This document shows, piece after piece, positions 38,761 to 47,507 of a stretch of DNA of 64,000 bases. Both the position numbers and the translations under genes were made by a program. Below the pieces are notes generated by a model. The model saw only the letters and a list, made by a program, of their open reading frames with translations. It was not told the origin of the DNA and did no database searches. The stretch is from Candidatus Aenigmatarchaeota archaeon. Its GTDB lineage: Archaea > Aenigmatarchaeota > Aenigmatarchaeia > Aenigmatarchaeales > JACQIB01. Position 1 is the first letter of the stretch; each line of letters opens with the position of its first letter. The stretch lies in contig JACQIB010000004.1 of NCBI GenBank assembly GCA_016198755.1, positions 128,001 through 192,000 on the forward strand. The letters are read 5' to 3'.

Positions 38761-39264
38761 TCAGAACCTATACTCCTCTATCTTGTAAACCTGTGCGGTT
38801 GTAACTTCTTTCCACTCTGCAATTAGCTCAGAAAACTTCTGCCTTATGTCCATCATAGTTTTGCTCATGTTTGAATTATTTTCAGAAATCATTAACATAT
38901 ACAAATCAAAATCCCCCATCATTGAAATTAAAATAGGGATGCGGTCATGGAACTTCAGGTAGTCTATAAGTTCCTTGTAACGAACTTCAGTAATGTTCTG
39001 AAGCCTTATGTAAACATGGGAAGCAACTGGAAAGCCAAGCTTTGAGGGATTTATCATTATTGTAAACCTGTCTATAACCCCATTTTTCTTTAGTTTATCA
39101 ATCCTGTCCTTTACAGCATCTATCGAGAGCCCAACCTCCTTTCCAATTTCTTTCAGCGTAGCTCTCGAGTTTTTGTTCAAATAATTCACTATAGCCCTGT
39201 CTTTCTCGTCAATTTTCAATTTCCCCTCTAGTTTTTCGGTTTTTACCTGTTCTTTTCCTTCCAT
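38761..39264 (-). CDS. Lrp/AsnC family regulator
   Basis: DEKDRAIV..L..NSR.TLKEIGKEVGLS HTH; GDFDL in RAM domain. Confidence 0.95.
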   Translation of the reverse strand: MEGKEQVKTEKLEGKLKIDEKDRAIVNYLNKNSRATLKEIGKEVGLSIDAVKDRIDKLKKNGVIDRFTIMINPSKLGFPVASHVYIRLQNITEVRYKELIDYLKFHDRIPILISMMGDFDLYMLMISENNSNMSKTMMDIRQKFSELIAEWKEVTTAQVYKIEEYRF

Positions 39265-39381
39265 ATTAGCTAATTATTCGTTCTAATATATAAATATACC
39301 TTTTTTCTCGCTCAAAATAGGGCAAAGTATCTAATATATGGGATGCTTAATAATAGATAACTACTATGAGGTGATTAAAAA

Positions 39382-39513
39382 ATGTTCGCATCATCAAACC
39401 AAATACCAGACCATATACAAAGGATATTGGACACAGAGAACAAGGCAACGTTCTCAGACCCAGAGAAGAGGTTTAAAGAACATGACCCTCTCCTGAGCGA
39501 GATGGAGACATAG
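39382..39513 (+). CDS. 43-aa small protein (MFASSNQIPDH...EMET)
   Basis: GAGGTGA RBS; first gene of the run divergent from lrp. Confidence 0.6.
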   Translation: MFASSNQIPDHIQRILDTENKATFSDPEKRFKEHDPLLSEMET

Positions 39514-39524
39514 AGGAGAGTTAA

Positions 39525-40088
39525 ATGGGTGAAAATTCAAGCGATCCAAAAGAAGCTGCTGCTTTGCCAGTAAGGACAAGGTATGCTTTTGATGGGAGAG
39601 GCGGCAGGGACAATCCACATTATCTTGCAAATCTAAAGGCTGTTTTAGAGGCCGAAACTGGAGGTAGGGTAACACAGGTTTTACCTGGATTAGCTGTAGT
39701 TGAGAACCCCCAAAAGGCTTCGCATGAAATTATGTTAGGAGCAGATAGATATGTACGTGGAGGGGATGAGTTTCCTGCTCCAGAAGTTAGTGAGCCTGAA
39801 AGCCCTCCAACCAGAGCAGCCTATGGGATTGCAAGCGTTCATACTCTTGATAATCCACGCGGCTGGAAACAAATATTAGATAATGGGATTTCAGATAGGA
39901 AAGCTGCAAGACATACATACGCTGAAACAGTGAGCAGAAGATTGAAAGAGACAACAGGAGGGGAAGTCACACCAGACGGGATTGATATATATTTGATAAG
40001 CAATCCTCCAGCGAAGCTGCCAGATAAAGTAACAATTCCGGAATTTGGAGAAAGGTTTGAAAAACTCTGGGAAAAATGGGAGGGATAA
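39525..40088 (+). CDS. Hypothetical protein
   Basis: GAGGAG RBS; weak internal duplication (L..ETGG.VT twice). Confidence 0.7.
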   Translation: MGENSSDPKEAAALPVRTRYAFDGRGGRDNPHYLANLKAVLEAETGGRVTQVLPGLAVVENPQKASHEIMLGADRYVRGGDEFPAPEVSEPESPPTRAAYGIASVHTLDNPRGWKQILDNGISDRKAARHTYAETVSRRLKETTGGEVTPDGIDIYLISNPPAKLPDKVTIPEFGERFEKLWEKWEG

Positions 40089-40089
40089 A

Positions 40090-40668
40090 ATGGATAATAC
40101 AGCTGCCCATTACTTAGATGCTTTTGAAAAAGCACAAGCTCTGCCTTTTGACAGCGACCACATAAAGCCTTTCCCGCGACATACACTTACAAGCGCTTAT
40201 GTTTTCTCCCCAACTTACAAAACTGATGTTTTAAGGGAGAGGATTGAGGAGGTTGTTGGTGTTATACCCAAACTTCCAGAAAGTATAGCAAGAGCTCCGG
40301 TTTTGTATGTTCTTGAAGCTGCTGTGCCAGAAGGGTTTGGAAAGGCTTACAGGGAAAACATTATGGCTAACCAGAATTTGGAGTATTCTAGAGAAAAAAA
40401 GATAGAAATGGTAGAAGGATTTTTGGCATCCCTTCCAAATCAACATACAAGTGCAGTTTTCATGAGGGCTGCAACAAATCCTCATGTAGATGATGAAGCA
40501 ACAAAAGCCAGTGGAAATGTGCTTTTGAAAGCATTCGAACCAATGGAAAAGGAAATCTCGTGGAGGTTTAAAGAAGCAAGTCAACACATGATGACTCCCA
40601 TAATGGAAATACGCGATATTCTTCGGTCCTGTGATCCGCGGCTGGTAGATAGAGAGTTCAATAGATGA
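40090..40668 (+). CDS. Hypothetical protein
   Basis: Tightly coupled to neighbours. Confidence 0.7.
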   Translation: MDNTAAHYLDAFEKAQALPFDSDHIKPFPRHTLTSAYVFSPTYKTDVLRERIEEVVGVIPKLPESIARAPVLYVLEAAVPEGFGKAYRENIMANQNLEYSREKKIEMVEGFLASLPNQHTSAVFMRAATNPHVDDEATKASGNVLLKAFEPMEKEISWRFKEASQHMMTPIMEIRDILRSCDPRLVDREFNR

Positions 40669-40682
40669 ATGAGGTAGAGAAA

Positions 40683-41261
40683 ATGAGTGATGTAAAAACA
40701 GAAAACGGGAATGGGGTTAAGCTTGAGATACATAAAATTGGGGAAGGGATAGAAAAATACAGGGTGCTTAACTGGCCAATGCCATTTACATTTTATACAG
40801 ATCCTGATGTAAGGAGACTTACTGGTGTCTATTCCCCAGGCGTTGTGCATGTTAAGGATGGGCTGGGTGATATAAGCAGCTCAAGGATTGGATGTGCTTT
40901 CCCTCCACAAGAACTGGCACTAGAAAAGGTTGTACATCCAATAGTTTCAATTTCAACTGCTCTTGGAGAGTTTGGAGGCGTTGATTTAGAGAGCCACAGT
41001 ACAGCTGTTAAATGGGCTAACTATTTTCTGCAGGAACAGAAACATCCTTTTAGGGCAGATCATAATCCGGAAAATCTCAAAAGAGCTGAAAAAGCTGGAT
41101 ACTTGCGTGTAGGAACTATAGAAGGTGTAGAAGTTTATTTCCCGCAGGAAAAGGCTGTGAGAGCAATGTGCAATCAAAGAATGGAGGATGTTCTTTATTC
41201 TATATCACTGCATACTGGAGCAGCAATTGGAACTGGGCATAAAAGGCCCCCGCCCGATTAA
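40683..41261 (+). CDS. Hypothetical protein
   Basis: GAGGT RBS; tightly coupled ORF. Confidence 0.7.
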   Translation: MSDVKTENGNGVKLEIHKIGEGIEKYRVLNWPMPFTFYTDPDVRRLTGVYSPGVVHVKDGLGDISSSRIGCAFPPQELALEKVVHPIVSISTALGEFGGVDLESHSTAVKWANYFLQEQKHPFRADHNPENLKRAEKAGYLRVGTIEGVEVYFPQEKAVRAMCNQRMEDVLYSISLHTGAAIGTGHKRPPPD

Positions 41262-41341
41262 TTAAACCCGTCTGACTTGAAAAGCAGGAAAACTGGGGGT
41301 GCTTCTCCGACCCAAACTTCAAACCCTTTTTCAAACTCCAT
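41258..41341 (-). CDS. Candidate 27-aa micro-protein (MEFEKGFEVWVGEAPPVFLLFKSDGFN)
   Basis: AGGAGT RBS; stop overlaps convergent gene stop (TTAATTAA). Confidence 0.35.
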   Translation of the reverse strand: MEFEKGFEVWVGEAPPVFLLFKSDGFN

Positions 41342-41417
41342 TTTTCTCAACTCCTAATTTTTCATCGGGGGTGGGAAAGTATTTTGTAAATATTGTTAAT
41401 ACAGCTTCTCTGTCCAT
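41331..41417 (-). CDS. Candidate 28-aa micro-protein (MDREAVLTIFTKYFPTPDEKLGVEKNGV)
   Basis: GGGTGA RBS; end overlaps the start of the next micro-ORF. Confidence 0.35.
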   Translation of the reverse strand: MDREAVLTIFTKYFPTPDEKLGVEKNGV

Positions 41418-41461
41418 TTTCTTCACCCTGTTTTTTGTTTTTTTATATGTTAGTTAAAGTA

Positions 41462-41600
41462 GAGGGGCGGGCAGCCCATTTGGTTGCGCTTGTTTCCAAT
41501 TCACTTGCTGCGCGAAATTGTTAAGGCTGCCCAGCCCCAGCGAATGCCCATTCCACACCGCTAAAGTGGGGGTTGTGCGGTGTTTACTCAGGCATTGCGC
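41462..41600 (-). ncRNA. Structured RNA element downstream of ftsZ (two GC-rich hairpins)
   Basis: Stems 41464-76/41525-38, 41543-48/41591-96 and 41555-61/41577-83; AGUA/GAA internal loop on the minus strand. Confidence 0.7.
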
Positions 41601-41617
41601 AAAAGTACTGGTTCATT

Positions 41618-42778
41618 CTACCGCAGTATTACGGGAATGCCCAGTTCGCTCTCTCTTGCTCTGGCGACTTCAGCCTTTTCCATAGGTCCTAGGAGGTATG
41701 GGCTTTTTACTCCAGTGACTATTGCAATCACTTGGACTTTACCTGTGTATTCAGGCAATACCCTCGCTCCCCAGATAACCTGTGCTTCCGGGCTGAGTCT
41801 CTTGCTTATCAATTCACCAGCTTCATTTATCTCAGCTAGAGTGCAGTCTGGTCCGCAAACCACATGTACTAGTGCTCCCAAAGCTCCCTGGTAATCTACC
41901 TCGAGCAATGGATGGTTTATGGCTTTCAGTACAGCATCCTTTATCCTTGTCTGGGAATCAGATTCCCCAACGCAGATTGCTGAAACTCCTCCGCAGCTCA
42001 TTATAGCCTTTACATCTGCGAAGTCTAGATTTACGAGTGATGGTACTGTTATTGTTTCTGTTATTCCCTTTATCATCATTGAGATTAACTCATCTGCAAG
42101 GGCGAATGCTTGTGCTAGAGGCATTGAGCCTGCATACTCAAGCAATTTCTGGTTCTCTATTACAACAACTGTATCAGTGACTTGGCGCAGCTTGGAAAGA
42201 CCATCTTCTGCTTTCTGTATCCTTGTACCTTCCATTTTGAAAGGCATTGTAACTGCTCCAATAACTATTGCTCCTAAACTCTTTGCAATCTCTGATATAA
42301 CTGGTGCAGAACCTGTTCCTGTTCCTCCACCTAGACCAGCTGTTACAAAGACAAGGTCAGCTCCCTCAAGAGCCTGTTTTACCTGTGTCCTGCTCTCAGT
42401 TGCTGCCTTTTCTCCTACCTGTGGGTACCCACCAGCTCCTAACCCTCTGGTTGTATCCTTTCCTATAAGGATTTTCTTATGAGCTTTTGTGATTGAAAGG
42501 TGCTTTGCATCTGTATTCAATGCAATAATCTCTGCTCCTGCTGCCCCAAGATCTGTTAACCTTGTTACAGTGTTGCAGCCTCCTCCTCCACAGCCAACTA
42601 CCATTATTTTGGCTTTGTGCATTTGGAGATCAAACTCCTCTTCAACTCTCTTCTCCCAATCTTGAGAAGCTACATCTTCTATTCTGCCTTGTACTCCCGG
42701 TGAACGGGCTGTTGTTTGCGCTGGCCCAGAGCCGAAAGCCCTGTCAAACGCTGAACTTACTAGGGATGAATTCGCCAT
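41618..42778 (-). CDS. ftsZ: Cell division protein FtsZ
   Basis: VVGCGGGGCN, NTD, GGGTGTG, NLDFADVK motifs. Confidence 0.98.
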   Translation of the reverse strand: MANSSLVSSAFDRAFGSGPAQTTARSPGVQGRIEDVASQDWEKRVEEEFDLQMHKAKIMVVGCGGGGCNTVTRLTDLGAAGAEIIALNTDAKHLSITKAHKKILIGKDTTRGLGAGGYPQVGEKAATESRTQVKQALEGADLVFVTAGLGGGTGTGSAPVISEIAKSLGAIVIGAVTMPFKMEGTRIQKAEDGLSKLRQVTDTVVVIENQKLLEYAGSMPLAQAFALADELISMMIKGITETITVPSLVNLDFADVKAIMSCGGVSAICVGESDSQTRIKDAVLKAINHPLLEVDYQGALGALVHVVCGPDCTLAEINEAGELISKRLSPEAQVIWGARVLPEYTGKVQVIAIVTGVKSPYLLGPMEKAEVARARESELGIPVILR

Positions 42779-43030
42779 TCAAACCCCCTCCTTTTTCCTG
42801 GTTTCCCAGTGTTGTCGTGTGTGCCAGAGCACACTGGTTTTGGAAATCTCTACTGCGGAAGCGAAATGCTTTTAAAGCACTGTTGTTAATCTTACTGTAC
42901 GCAGAAATCTTTTTGGAACACCAATTCCTGAGAGATACTTAACACTGTTCAACCAGAACCCAGTCTGCACAAACAAAATCGCGCCAACGATTTTGAACCA
43001 AACTCTGCGCCAACAGAGATATGGAAAAGT
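42779..43030 (-). promoter_or_regulatory. Long structured 5' leader of ftsZ
   Basis: About 250 nt between TATA and ATG, with several hairpins; three have TTGGYG loops. Confidence 0.6.
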
Positions 43031-43051
43031 ACTATTATAGTTTTACTCAGC

Positions 43052-43077
43052 CTATTTAAATAGTTTCTGACACGTCA
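43052..43077 (-). promoter_or_regulatory. ftsZ promoter: TATA plus TGAC-N2-GTCA inverted repeat
   Basis: CTATTTAAATAG at 43052-43063; TGACacGTCA at 43068-43077. Confidence 0.5.
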
Positions 43078-43163
43078 AAATAGATTTTACAGTATATACT
43101 TCGTGCTTTTTTATTTTATTATAAAACTATTCTATCAAACTATTTATACAAAAAAAGAAATAT

Positions 43164-45365
43164 TTAGAAAAATTTGTGGAAAAATTCTATAATCAAAGAT
43201 TGTATATTTATTTCTTTTTCAAATTTTAATGTAAAGGCTCCTGTTGCGCTGGAAGTTCTTGCCTGCTGTGCTGCAGCCAGCATTTCCGGTGAAACCCCAT
43301 CCACAGCAGGAGCTCCTGAATTATACCAGGCTTCCCAGCTTGTAAATCCTGCTGGAGGAGCCGGTTGATTATAAGGCTGTGGGGCAGGCATTGGAAGTGT
43401 TGTTGGAACAATTATTGTTGTGGAAGTGGTTGTTGTAACTGAAGGCAATAAAGGCTGGATTTGCTGTGCAGAGTGTGCAGCATTTACCCAATCCTGCGGT
43501 ATCCCATCTCCTGCAGGTGCTCCAGCATTATACCATTCCTGCCAGCTTGAGAAACCAACAGGAGCCTCGGGGATAGTAGAAGGAACAACTGGAGGAACTG
43601 TTGTGGGAATTGGTGTAAATATTGTTGTTGGAACAGTTTGAACATTGTTTGTAACAGGAATTAATGTAGTTTGTGTGGTTGCGATGGACTCCCTTGCTCT
43701 TGTAACAATATCGCTTGAAACCCCCTCAACAGCAGGAGCTCCTGAACTATACCAATCCTGCCAGCTCGAGAAACCTGCTGGAGGAGCTGGTTCCTGTTGA
43801 GCTGGAATAACAGCTTTGTCTGACGGACAACCTTGAACCCAGCCTTCAGGAAGGCAGTTGTTTGGGAATGTTGAACAAACTAAACTAACAGGATTATAAG
43901 CCTGTGTTATAACCTGCATACATTTCTGTAATATAACAGTGGTTGTTGTTACAGGCGGAAGCCCATGTGCCATAGCATAGACTTCACTTGGTACATCTGG
44001 TAGGTTAGGAGATCCTGCTGACTGCCAGTCCTGCCATGAAGAAAACCCTTTCGGAGGCTGAAGATTGATAGATTTCTGTGCAAGCGAACGTGCAAAGTTC
44101 TCATAATCTGTCCAGCTTGCAAACCCTTCAGGAGGGGTTTGAGGCGGGGAACCAGGGATATAGGGCTTTCCAGCAGCTTCCCAGTCTGCAACAGAACTAT
44201 ATGGGAAAGAAGGATTTCCAGTTTTTAATCCCTCTGAAGAAACCATATCAGAAGGCGTTGGGACCGCTGTTAAGGTAGGTTCTGAACGCCTCTCAGGCAT
44301 ACTTTCTAAGTATTTTTGCATATCAGCAAGCATTGTTTTCTTTTGCTCCAAATCAAAAGAGCTTAAGCTCTCTTCTGGTATACTTTTTATAAGCTGGTAT
44401 ATATTTTCTGCCTCTCTTATACCAACTCCTGTTTCAGTCGGAGACATAACCATTCCAGAATTAGCAAAAATCCTTGAACATTCCTCAGCTGTCTTTCCAG
44501 AACATTCAACAGGCCTGTCTTTCTCATAAGCTTCTTTTGCAGCTTTCTGCACAATCTCCTTCAGTGAAACAGTCTGGAAAACAGCAAAAGGCGTTGGATT
44601 ATCCACTATTTTCTTATCAAGATCCATACAGGCTTGCTGATCTCCCTGAAACCCGCATTTTAATGCATTTTCACTGTTATGTACGCAAATATCCCTATAT
44701 TCTTTAACAAGTATAGCAGAACAGTCACACTTCCCTGAAGATACACAGTTCTGTACAACTCCAGTAACAGCCTGTTCAGAATCCTTCTCAACTGCTTTTA
44801 CTTCACTCTCAACAAACCTTCTTACCCCATCACTTGCTTTAGTTCCAGAACAATATGGGTCTGATTTAACGGCTTCTATGCTCTGTTTAGCAAGAGAACC
44901 GCAATATTCAGCAGCTCTTACAGCAGCTTCAGCTGAAACCATCATTTTCTCAGATCCTGCAATAGCTCTCTCAGAAAGCTCTTCTGTTGGCAAAGAATCT
45001 CTATTTTTCTGAACAAAACGTATTACTTGATTTGATAAATCCTTTGCATTTTCAGCCAGCTGCGGCGGCAGTTCCCTTTGCGCAATTTCCATAGTTTCAG
45101 TTGAGTGCTGGAGAGCAATTTCAGACTCTGCTGGCTTTCCAGCTTCACTCATCGCACTAGCTTCATACAACCTTTCTTTCGCTATATCCATTGCAAGCAA
45201 AGCTCTTTCATCCCCTGCTGCTATTGACATTGCAATATTGTCCATGAAAACGTCCATCCCATATAGTATATTGTCAGGAGCAATTCCCCCCCTATTCTCC
45301 TGTGCTAATACAGGCATTCCTAAAACAAGTAAACTAACTAAAATCCCAGCAACTGCTTTTTGCAT
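43164..45365 (-). CDS. Secreted protein: DUF5667-like N-terminus, Cys-rich region, Trp-rich repeats
   Basis: Signal peptide; GIAPDNILYG.D.F.D...A.ERL.EA; six P.GF.SW..W...G.P-like repeats. Confidence 0.85.
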   Translation of the reverse strand: MQKAVAGILVSLLVLGMPVLAQENRGGIAPDNILYGMDVFMDNIAMSIAAGDERALLAMDIAKERLYEASAMSEAGKPAESEIALQHSTETMEIAQRELPPQLAENAKDLSNQVIRFVQKNRDSLPTEELSERAIAGSEKMMVSAEAAVRAAEYCGSLAKQSIEAVKSDPYCSGTKASDGVRRFVESEVKAVEKDSEQAVTGVVQNCVSSGKCDCSAILVKEYRDICVHNSENALKCGFQGDQQACMDLDKKIVDNPTPFAVFQTVSLKEIVQKAAKEAYEKDRPVECSGKTAEECSRIFANSGMVMSPTETGVGIREAENIYQLIKSIPEESLSSFDLEQKKTMLADMQKYLESMPERRSEPTLTAVPTPSDMVSSEGLKTGNPSFPYSSVADWEAAGKPYIPGSPPQTPPEGFASWTDYENFARSLAQKSINLQPPKGFSSWQDWQSAGSPNLPDVPSEVYAMAHGLPPVTTTTVILQKCMQVITQAYNPVSLVCSTFPNNCLPEGWVQGCPSDKAVIPAQQEPAPPAGFSSWQDWYSSGAPAVEGVSSDIVTRARESIATTQTTLIPVTNNVQTVPTTIFTPIPTTVPPVVPSTIPEAPVGFSSWQEWYNAGAPAGDGIPQDWVNAAHSAQQIQPLLPSVTTTTSTTIIVPTTLPMPAPQPYNQPAPPAGFTSWEAWYNSGAPAVDGVSPEMLAAAQQARTSSATGAFTLKFEKEINIQSLIIEFFHKFF

Positions 45366-45497
45366 ATAATATTTTGTTTCCAGCCTGAATAAAACATACC
45401 CCCATTAGACAGTCGTAGGTTTTGATTTGTCAGACATGTAAATGAAAAATTTGTCAAAATTAAGAAGGTTTAAATAAACTTCTTTCGAACCCTGAAT

Positions 45498-46403
45498 ATG
45501 GGAATGAAACAGGTTTGGAGCGGAGCAATTGGAAGAAAGCCGGATATGGATGCTCTTGCAAAAGAAATCGGAAATCCTCCTATGTACTGTTTTGTCCCGC
45601 GCTACATGATTTCCGGAGGTATGAAAGAGCTGTTCGGAAGCTATTCTCTTACCAATCCTTTTGAAATTTCAATACCTTGGGAGTTGTTTGCTGATCTTTT
45701 AGGTGATACAGATTACAGAATTAATAAATCTGCTTTTTCTGATCCTATAAGAAACGGTGTTAATAGAGGCAACAATTTAGTTGGGATGTATTTTGTTGAG
45801 TATGATGGACTATTGAGGGGAAGCGTTTCTGTTGTCAGCAAAGCAGAGACCAAATGGGGATCCCATTTAATTGCACTGAGCAAGCCACATACAATACCAC
45901 TGACTCCTCATGAGAAAAAACAACTGGAAAAAATTGATGGTTATAGATCACATGCCAGAACGCAACTGGAAGTTATTGGTAGTCATAAATCACGTATAAG
46001 CAGAGAAGCTTTTAATAAATTATCTGGCAATGATAAGGATGGTCTGCTCATAGCTTTATTAGCATCCACACCCTCTGGAGCTGTTATTGAGGATGTTACT
46101 CCTATAGGTAATGTTACTGGCTATGAAGAAGCTGTTAAGGCAGCAGAGTATAACAGAGTTCCTGTATCTGATATAGGAGAAAGGTTCAAAGAACTGGAAG
46201 CAGAGCTTGCAGAATTAAAAACCGCTTACAAAACAGACTTTCCAGATGTTGTTATGTTCAACGGTACTCTTCCAGAAAGATTAAAGGGCACTATTCCAAG
46301 CGAGTTTGGAACAAGGAGAGAAAGGATTTTGGCCAGATTAGGTTCTGAAGCATTTATCAGAGAACTTCGCAGTCAGAAGCTTGCTGCCCCAGTACTTTTA
46401 TAA
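45498..46403 (+). CDS. Hypothetical protein
   Basis: 301 aa ORF with upstream TATA. Confidence 0.75.
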   Translation: MGMKQVWSGAIGRKPDMDALAKEIGNPPMYCFVPRYMISGGMKELFGSYSLTNPFEISIPWELFADLLGDTDYRINKSAFSDPIRNGVNRGNNLVGMYFVEYDGLLRGSVSVVSKAETKWGSHLIALSKPHTIPLTPHEKKQLEKIDGYRSHARTQLEVIGSHKSRISREAFNKLSGNDKDGLLIALLASTPSGAVIEDVTPIGNVTGYEEAVKAAEYNRVPVSDIGERFKELEAELAELKTAYKTDFPDVVMFNGTLPERLKGTIPSEFGTRRERILARLGSEAFIRELRSQKLAAPVLL

Positions 46404-46430
46404 GCTTTCCATACACAAACTACAGCTTAT

Positions 46431-46516
46431 GCCCGGGTAGCTCAGCAGGAAGAGCGACTGGCTGTTAAATTGCGGAAACCAGTAGGTCGCAGGTTCGAGT
46501 CCTGCCTCGGGCGCCA
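46431..46516 (+). tRNA. tRNA-Asn(GTT) with 10-nt intron at 37/38 and encoded CCA
   Basis: Acceptor GCCCGGG/CTCGGGC, D arm GCTC/GAGC, anticodon stem ACTGG/CCAGT, GTT at 46464-66, intron 46468-46477, T loop GTTCGAG. Confidence 0.95.
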
Positions 46517-46517
46517 A

Positions 46518-47417
46518 TTATTCGTTTACGATAGCTCTATTTACCACGTTTAACCTGTCTGGATGGTTTCTTACTAAAGCTTTGCTGTAGGGATCTGAAA
46601 CCCATATTATTGCAGTTCTGTCAGGAACATTTTCTATAGGGTAAAATTCCGGAGGTGCAAACCCTAACAATTCCAGTTGAGCGCTCATAGCTGTTTCAAT
46701 CTCTCCTATATTATAGTTGTCAGGATCCTTATCAAAGAACGGCTCACATATTTTCCTTGCACCTTTATATCCCTTATCGCCCATTTTTTTCCATCTCTCT
46801 GGCACTGTTTCTAAGAGTTCTGCACAAAGCCTGCTCTTGTCAGGCAGCCACCTATCAAAGGCAGCTTCGAGGACCCCTAACTTCATAAGTTCCTCAGCAA
46901 CACTAAGATCTATAACTTCTGTTCCAAACAAATCACTTACAGCTTTAACATCTTCTTTTTCACAAACCATCCTATAATGGGCGTCACTGCTTCTATTGAA
47001 TGCAGTTAATTGAAGTTGAGCTGCGTTGTAAATGTCCAATAAGTCTTGCTCCCTTAATTCTACTCCGCCACTAATTCTGGGGTGCATCCTCCACAGATAG
47101 GCGTGTGATATATTATCCTGTATACCTGTATTTAGCTGTACAAGCGCTTTTTGAAAGCTATCTTTAACATTATCTGTGAGTCCGCTGGGATTTTTGAAAG
47201 TGCATGGAACAAACCAGGGAAACCCATTTTCTGCCATGTTTATGTGCAAATATTCATGGGAAATATTAGCTGATGTAGGGTTGTTTGTATAAATTACCCA
47301 ATATCCCTGTTCGTATCTTGTATGTGTTTCTGAAACGCCCAAAGGATTTGCAGGCTTCCTTCTAATTTGTATATTTCCCCTAATGCCCAGTTCTTCTTTC
47401 CAGTTTACAGCTGTCAT
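46518..47417 (-). CDS. Hypothetical protein with HExxH motif
   Basis: ISHEYLH; 299 aa. Confidence 0.7.
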   Translation of the reverse strand: MTAVNWKEELGIRGNIQIRRKPANPLGVSETHTRYEQGYWVIYTNNPTSANISHEYLHINMAENGFPWFVPCTFKNPSGLTDNVKDSFQKALVQLNTGIQDNISHAYLWRMHPRISGGVELREQDLLDIYNAAQLQLTAFNRSSDAHYRMVCEKEDVKAVSDLFGTEVIDLSVAEELMKLGVLEAAFDRWLPDKSRLCAELLETVPERWKKMGDKGYKGARKICEPFFDKDPDNYNIGEIETAMSAQLELLGFAPPEFYPIENVPDRTAIIWVSDPYSKALVRNHPDRLNVVNRAIVNE

Positions 47418-47507
47418 TTGGAAGACTAAACCACAAATCTTTAAATATGCACTGTTGTGTCGCAGGTACCATAAACATTAAATAGTCTGTTTTCCAGAGT
47501 TCTTAGC

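Noticed and set aside
41462-41600. 5S rRNA, SRP RNA, RNase P RNA, lysine riboswitch or simple terminator
   Set aside because: I could not find their conserved sequence blocks; two long stems with an internal-loop motif exceed what a terminator needs.
46500-47500. Integrated element at tRNA-Asn
   Set aside because: No integrase and no duplicated tRNA 3' end seen in the window.
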